A stretch of 64,000 nucleotides of DNA from Chrysomallon squamiferum (Eukaryota; Animalia; Mollusca). Position 1 is the first letter of the stretch, and each line of letters starts with the position of its first letter. Under the pieces are notes generated by a model that saw only the letters and a program-made list of their open reading frames with translations, was not told the origin of the DNA and did no database searches. Location: NCBI GenBank assembly GCA_012295275.1, contig CM022677.1, forward strand, positions 3,658,001 to 3,722,000, read 5' to 3'. The translations under genes were made by a program, and so were the position numbers. Below, one piece after another: positions 58,401 to 64,000 of the stretch.

Positions 58401-59468
58401 TTTTATCACATCACCCACCTGGCCACTTACAAAATCTATCACCTGCTGAAATTTTCTTGTTGTCTTCAACATTTATAATCACTGTGCATTGTTTTTTTTA
58501 ATTTTGTTTTCATTATTTCTTTTTTTAAGTTCAGAATTTTAATCTTTTCTTCATACTTTTCTGATTCTTCTGCCCAAGACATAATTATCGATTTCAAATA
58601 AAACTTTCCAAAGCGGGGACCGATGTGAAATACGACCACACCCGAACCACCCTAACCGCAAGTTCTTCTTATTTGTGCTATTAGTATTATTATTATTGTT
58701 ATTATATTATTATTATTATTATTATTATTTTTTATTAGTATTATTATTATTATTGTTGTGCTATTATTATTATTATTATTTTCTTTTTTTTAGTATTATT
58801 ATTATTGTTACCTATTATTATTAGTATTATTTTCTTTTTGTTAGTATTATTATTATTGTTACCTATTATTATTAGTATTATTTTTTTTTTATTTGTAGTA
58901 TTATTATTGTTGTGCTATTATTATTATTATTATTTTTAATTTTTTTTATTAGTATTATTATTATTGTTACCTATTATTATTAGTATTATTTTATTTTTGT
59001 TTTACAGTGATAAAACAAAGATGATTCTAACAAACATAGGAGTAGTTGCAGGGGTGTTGTGTCTGATTGGGTGTGTTGTGGGTGGATTGCTATATCTCTG
59101 GCAGAACAGAACAATGGCACAGAGGACAGACCGAGGCAGTCATGAAGAAAGTGAGGTGAGTTACCAGACTGATTAAACATACACTTGTCTCTTTTATACA
59201 TATTACACATATTTTACTCACATTTCTGGGTGCAGTCACTTTTTTATGTAATATATTTATATTATATATTCATCTAAACAAACATCCTTCAGTTATAGTC
59301 ACTTCTGTCACAAATTAATTTTTATGTATATAATTGAAATTGTTAAAGTTAAGAAGTATTAAAATCTTTTTTCTTTTCTTCTGATATAGGTTTTTAAAAA
59401 TAATTGTTATCTATAAACAGTTTTTTGATTTTGTTTTTTCTTCTTTCTTTTTTTTTCAGAATTTGTAG
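53136..59468 (+). CDS. Kinase-less, L-domain-less EGFR/ErbB-derived membrane protein (~284 aa). Exons 53136-53202, 55547-55719, 55889-56030, 56836-57008, 57173-57315, 59008-59155, 59460-59468
   Basis: Signal peptide MKIVFALVLSLTSLLIYLA; furin-like domain II (CDGRC...CCHPECAGGC...CL|SCRHF..EGACV..CP...YD...MVPNPEAKFTLGSLCVRKCP|AHLLIDQGACVRSCP); further Cys modules; TM IGVVAGVLCLIGCVVGGLLYLW; all GT-AG junctions in phase, no internal stops. Confidence 0.8.
54450..54840. repeat. ~75-bp tandem repeat x5 in intron 1 of the mini-EGFR
   Basis: tgtaattagtggtg...gttatttgattcaatgagattgttgtgaggtcttgtttgggttatcag. Confidence 0.85.
57430..58660 (-). mobile_element. Tx1/L1-clade non-LTR retrotransposon relic (ORF1 with CCHC knuckles plus a scrap of ORF2), antisense in intron 5
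   Basis: VVVSFLHLPAYIEDEEI, DGTRNVRVKFPPEIKSLPYSMKF, CHNCKQKGYFARNC, CEKC; NLWSQRKFTLHGK near 57450; ATG at 58582. Confidence 0.75.
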
Positions 59469-60685
59469 TTTGTTTAGAAGTCAGCACTAAAAGGGAGATA
59501 ATTCTTTCAGTGTATGAAAATTGCTCAGGAAAAGACTTATTACAAAAATATAGGAGTAGGTTTTGCAGTTTTGTAGAACGTGTATAGCAGACATTTTCGT
59601 TTTAGAATTATGTCCCTTGAACACATTTTCATACATTGTTTTTGTTTAGTTCTCAAGTGTTTCAAAGTTGTTTCAATAAAAAATTTCTTATATAACAAAT
59701 ATGTTTGTGTTTTTTATATATATTGTAAATATTTTTTCTTCATATCAAATAAGAATTCTATATTTAAATTTTTTGTTATTTTACTATTTTTATTTATTAA
59801 TTTAATTATTAATTAATACTATTCAAATAATAATAATTATTATTATTGTTATTATTATTTTATTTTTATTTTATATTTTATATATTATTTCATTTCACTT
59901 AAAGTTTAAAAAGTATTAGTAATAAAAACAAAAACAATTATGTATTGATAAAAAACAAAGAACTAAGACTGAATGAATTTTAAAATTAGTTTAATATTAA
60001 TAAATTTTACATAATTATGAGGGAGAGAGGGAGAGTGTTGATTTTGTGTTGTTTTTATTATATCTTGGCTTATTCTTTTTCCTGTTTCTTTTCTTTTCCT
60101 TGCTTTTTCTGATTCTTGTTTCATCTTTTTCCCTTTTTTCTTCATATTTTGTTGTTTCTTTTGTTTTGTTGTTTATTCTTTCTTTCTTTTTTTCTAGTTT
60201 TCTTTCTTTCTGTTTGTATGTAAGTGCATGTGTGTTTTTCTATTAACCACAAAAGACATTTGTTTTGTGTCGTACACAATCATAAATGATTATTCAAATA
60301 CAAAAATATATTAAATATAGAAATGTCAGCTAAAATGTTAGAAAAATTGGAAGAGTTTATTAAATTGGATGCTAATGTAGTGATCTAGATCGAATTATTA
60401 AAGAATTTAATGCTCGGTTTGCTAAATTAATTTCCGATCAAAAACCATAGATCTATTTTCGGTATGCCAGTCACTTAATCTTCAGACCAAGTTGAGAAAT
60501 GATCTGAAAAACAAATAAAAATAAAAATAATATACTCACTGACAATGTCCGATCATAGCAGCATATTTGAAAGTATTTCACATTTACCTAGCAAACAGCG
60601 AGTGACGGTGTTGTTGACATCAAAACATCCAAACAAAGCAGAAGAAACAACATTGCAGATTTTCATCAGACACCATTGTTACATG

Positions 60686-60824
<139 letters not shown>

Positions 60825-60996
60825 GCATACAGACAAAAATACACTAACTTAGACCCAGGGACAGAAATAGTGAGACTCAGAGAAAAAGATGAAATTATGT
60901 GCAAGTTTTATATGCTGGACTAACATCATTTCTGTGCGTAAGTTATACAGTTTTTAGCAGCTTTGGTTTGACGTAGTTCACAAACTACCCAGTTTA

Positions 60997-62481
<1,485 letters not shown>

Positions 62482-62872
62482 AACATAGGTTCGCAGTTGT
62501 CTCACTTTTTCGTGATACATCCTTTAGGGACGTAAAATGAACACTGGCAACACCATATCTGTCTATTAATTATATTTTAATGATTTCTCTCTCTTCCTGG
62601 AGGAGAAATACATTTCCAGAATTGTCCAAATCGGAAACCGGAAAAGAAAAACCACAAACAGTGTCGCGCTTAGAAGGAGAAGAAGAAGAAGACGACAAAA
62701 GAACAAGAACAAAAACAAGGAAAGGAAGAAGAAAAAATAAACTAACAAACAAATAAATAAATACAGCATATTTAAATTCAGTTACACCTTGATAACTTGA
62801 CAGCTGATCTCAGTGATTGTTAACAGCTGACTTACAAAGATAACGTGTCGCGATGTGTCCCCTGTTCTCGTT

Positions 62873-63103
62873 CATCATAGAGCGACAGCTGCAAATCACA
62901 GAGCGACAGCTGCAAATCACAGAGCGACAGCTGCAAATCACAGAGCGACAGCTGCAAATCATAGAGCGACAGCTGCAAATCATAGAGCGACATCTGCAAA
63001 TCACAGAGCGACAGCTGCAAATCATAGAGCGACAGCTGCAAATCATAGAGCGACAGCTGCAAATCATAGAGCGACAGCTGCAAATCATAGAGCGACAGCT
63101 GCA
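62873..63103. repeat. 21-bp tandem repeat x~11
   Basis: atca(c/t)agagcgacagctgcaa. Confidence 0.9.
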
Positions 63104-63474
63104 TGACTTCTCAGCCAAGATTTCTATTGTTCCTGTATTCATCCTAAATATAAGTGCCAACGAACCTCATGTTGGAGTCTAAAGTTTTGTTTTACAGAGC
63201 GACATACATGCAAATACATACACACGACACACACACATACAAATCATACAGCGACATACATCACACAAATCATGGACATACATACATACAAACATCATAC
63301 ATACATACAGCATACATACTGCAAATCACATAGACATACATACACGACAGCTGCATGACATTCTCAGCCAACATTTCACACATACATTGTTCCTGTATTC
63401 ATCCACATACAATATAAGTACCAACGAACCTCATGTTACAGTCATACACACAAATACATACATTGTTTTATGTT

Positions 63475-63614
63475 CATACATACATACATACATACATACA
63501 TACATACATACATACATACATACACATACATACATACATACATACATACATACATACATACATACATACATACATACACACACACATACATACATACATA
63601 CATACATACATACA

Positions 63615-63648
<34 letters not shown>

Positions 63649-63830
63649 CATACATACATACATATACATACATACATACATACATACATACATACATACA
63701 TACATACATACATACATACATACATACATACATACATACATACATACATACATACATACATACAGACAGACAGACAGACATACATACATACAGACAGACA
63801 GACATACATACATACATACATATGTATATA
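63475..63830. repeat. (TACA)n microsatellite
   Basis: Long catacata tract; source of the HTYI/MYVC pseudo-ORFs. Confidence 0.95.
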
Positions 63831-64000
63831 TATATATTGAGAAACTGCGGGTGGCATCTCCTAACCCTTGTCTAGGCTGCTAAATGCATTGTAATTAGAT
63901 GAGATCGAAACAGGAATAAAAGCTTGTTTTGTGTAGTATGATGACGATAGTATTATACTATCTTGTAGTAAATAATTGACCATTGCTCATCTCAGACAGT

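Noticed and set aside
62810-63883. ERQLQII, CSCRSMI and HTYI repeat ORFs
   Set aside because: Products of 21-bp and TACA repeats open in several frames on both strands; no coding evidence.

Overview
AT-rich, microsatellite-dense animal genomic DNA with spliceosomal introns (invertebrate-like; taxon not determinable here). Manual exon reconstruction reveals a compact cluster of diverged or rearranged copies of conserved regulatory genes. (1) A PPP1R15/GADD34-like eIF2alpha-phosphatase subunit (16871-18208) with a probable spliced uORF. (2) A minus-strand CAMSAP/Patronin pseudogene retaining only N-terminal and CKK exons (~23750-28470). (3) A minus-strand RBM46/A1CF-family 3xRRM+dsRBD gene (35395-42564) with three A-run frameshifts. 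(4) An intact intronless Ras (50245-50799) naturally carrying G12A and Q61E. (5) An intact 7-exon 'mini-EGFR' (53136-59468): signal peptide, dimerisation-arm Cys-rich region, TM and short tail, with no L domains and no kinase. The four apparently expressed genes each have a TGACGT (CRE/ATF) core shortly upstream of the first ATG, and the whole cluster lies between ~1.25-1.5 kb direct repeats (8765-10006 and 60997-62481). Also present: Tc1/mariner, Gypsy, Tx1-like LINE and MULE relics, many minisatellites (several duplicating splice sites) and a tandem duplication at the window start. Most short ORFs in the track are microsatellite artefacts. Family assignments come from remembered motifs, not database searches.
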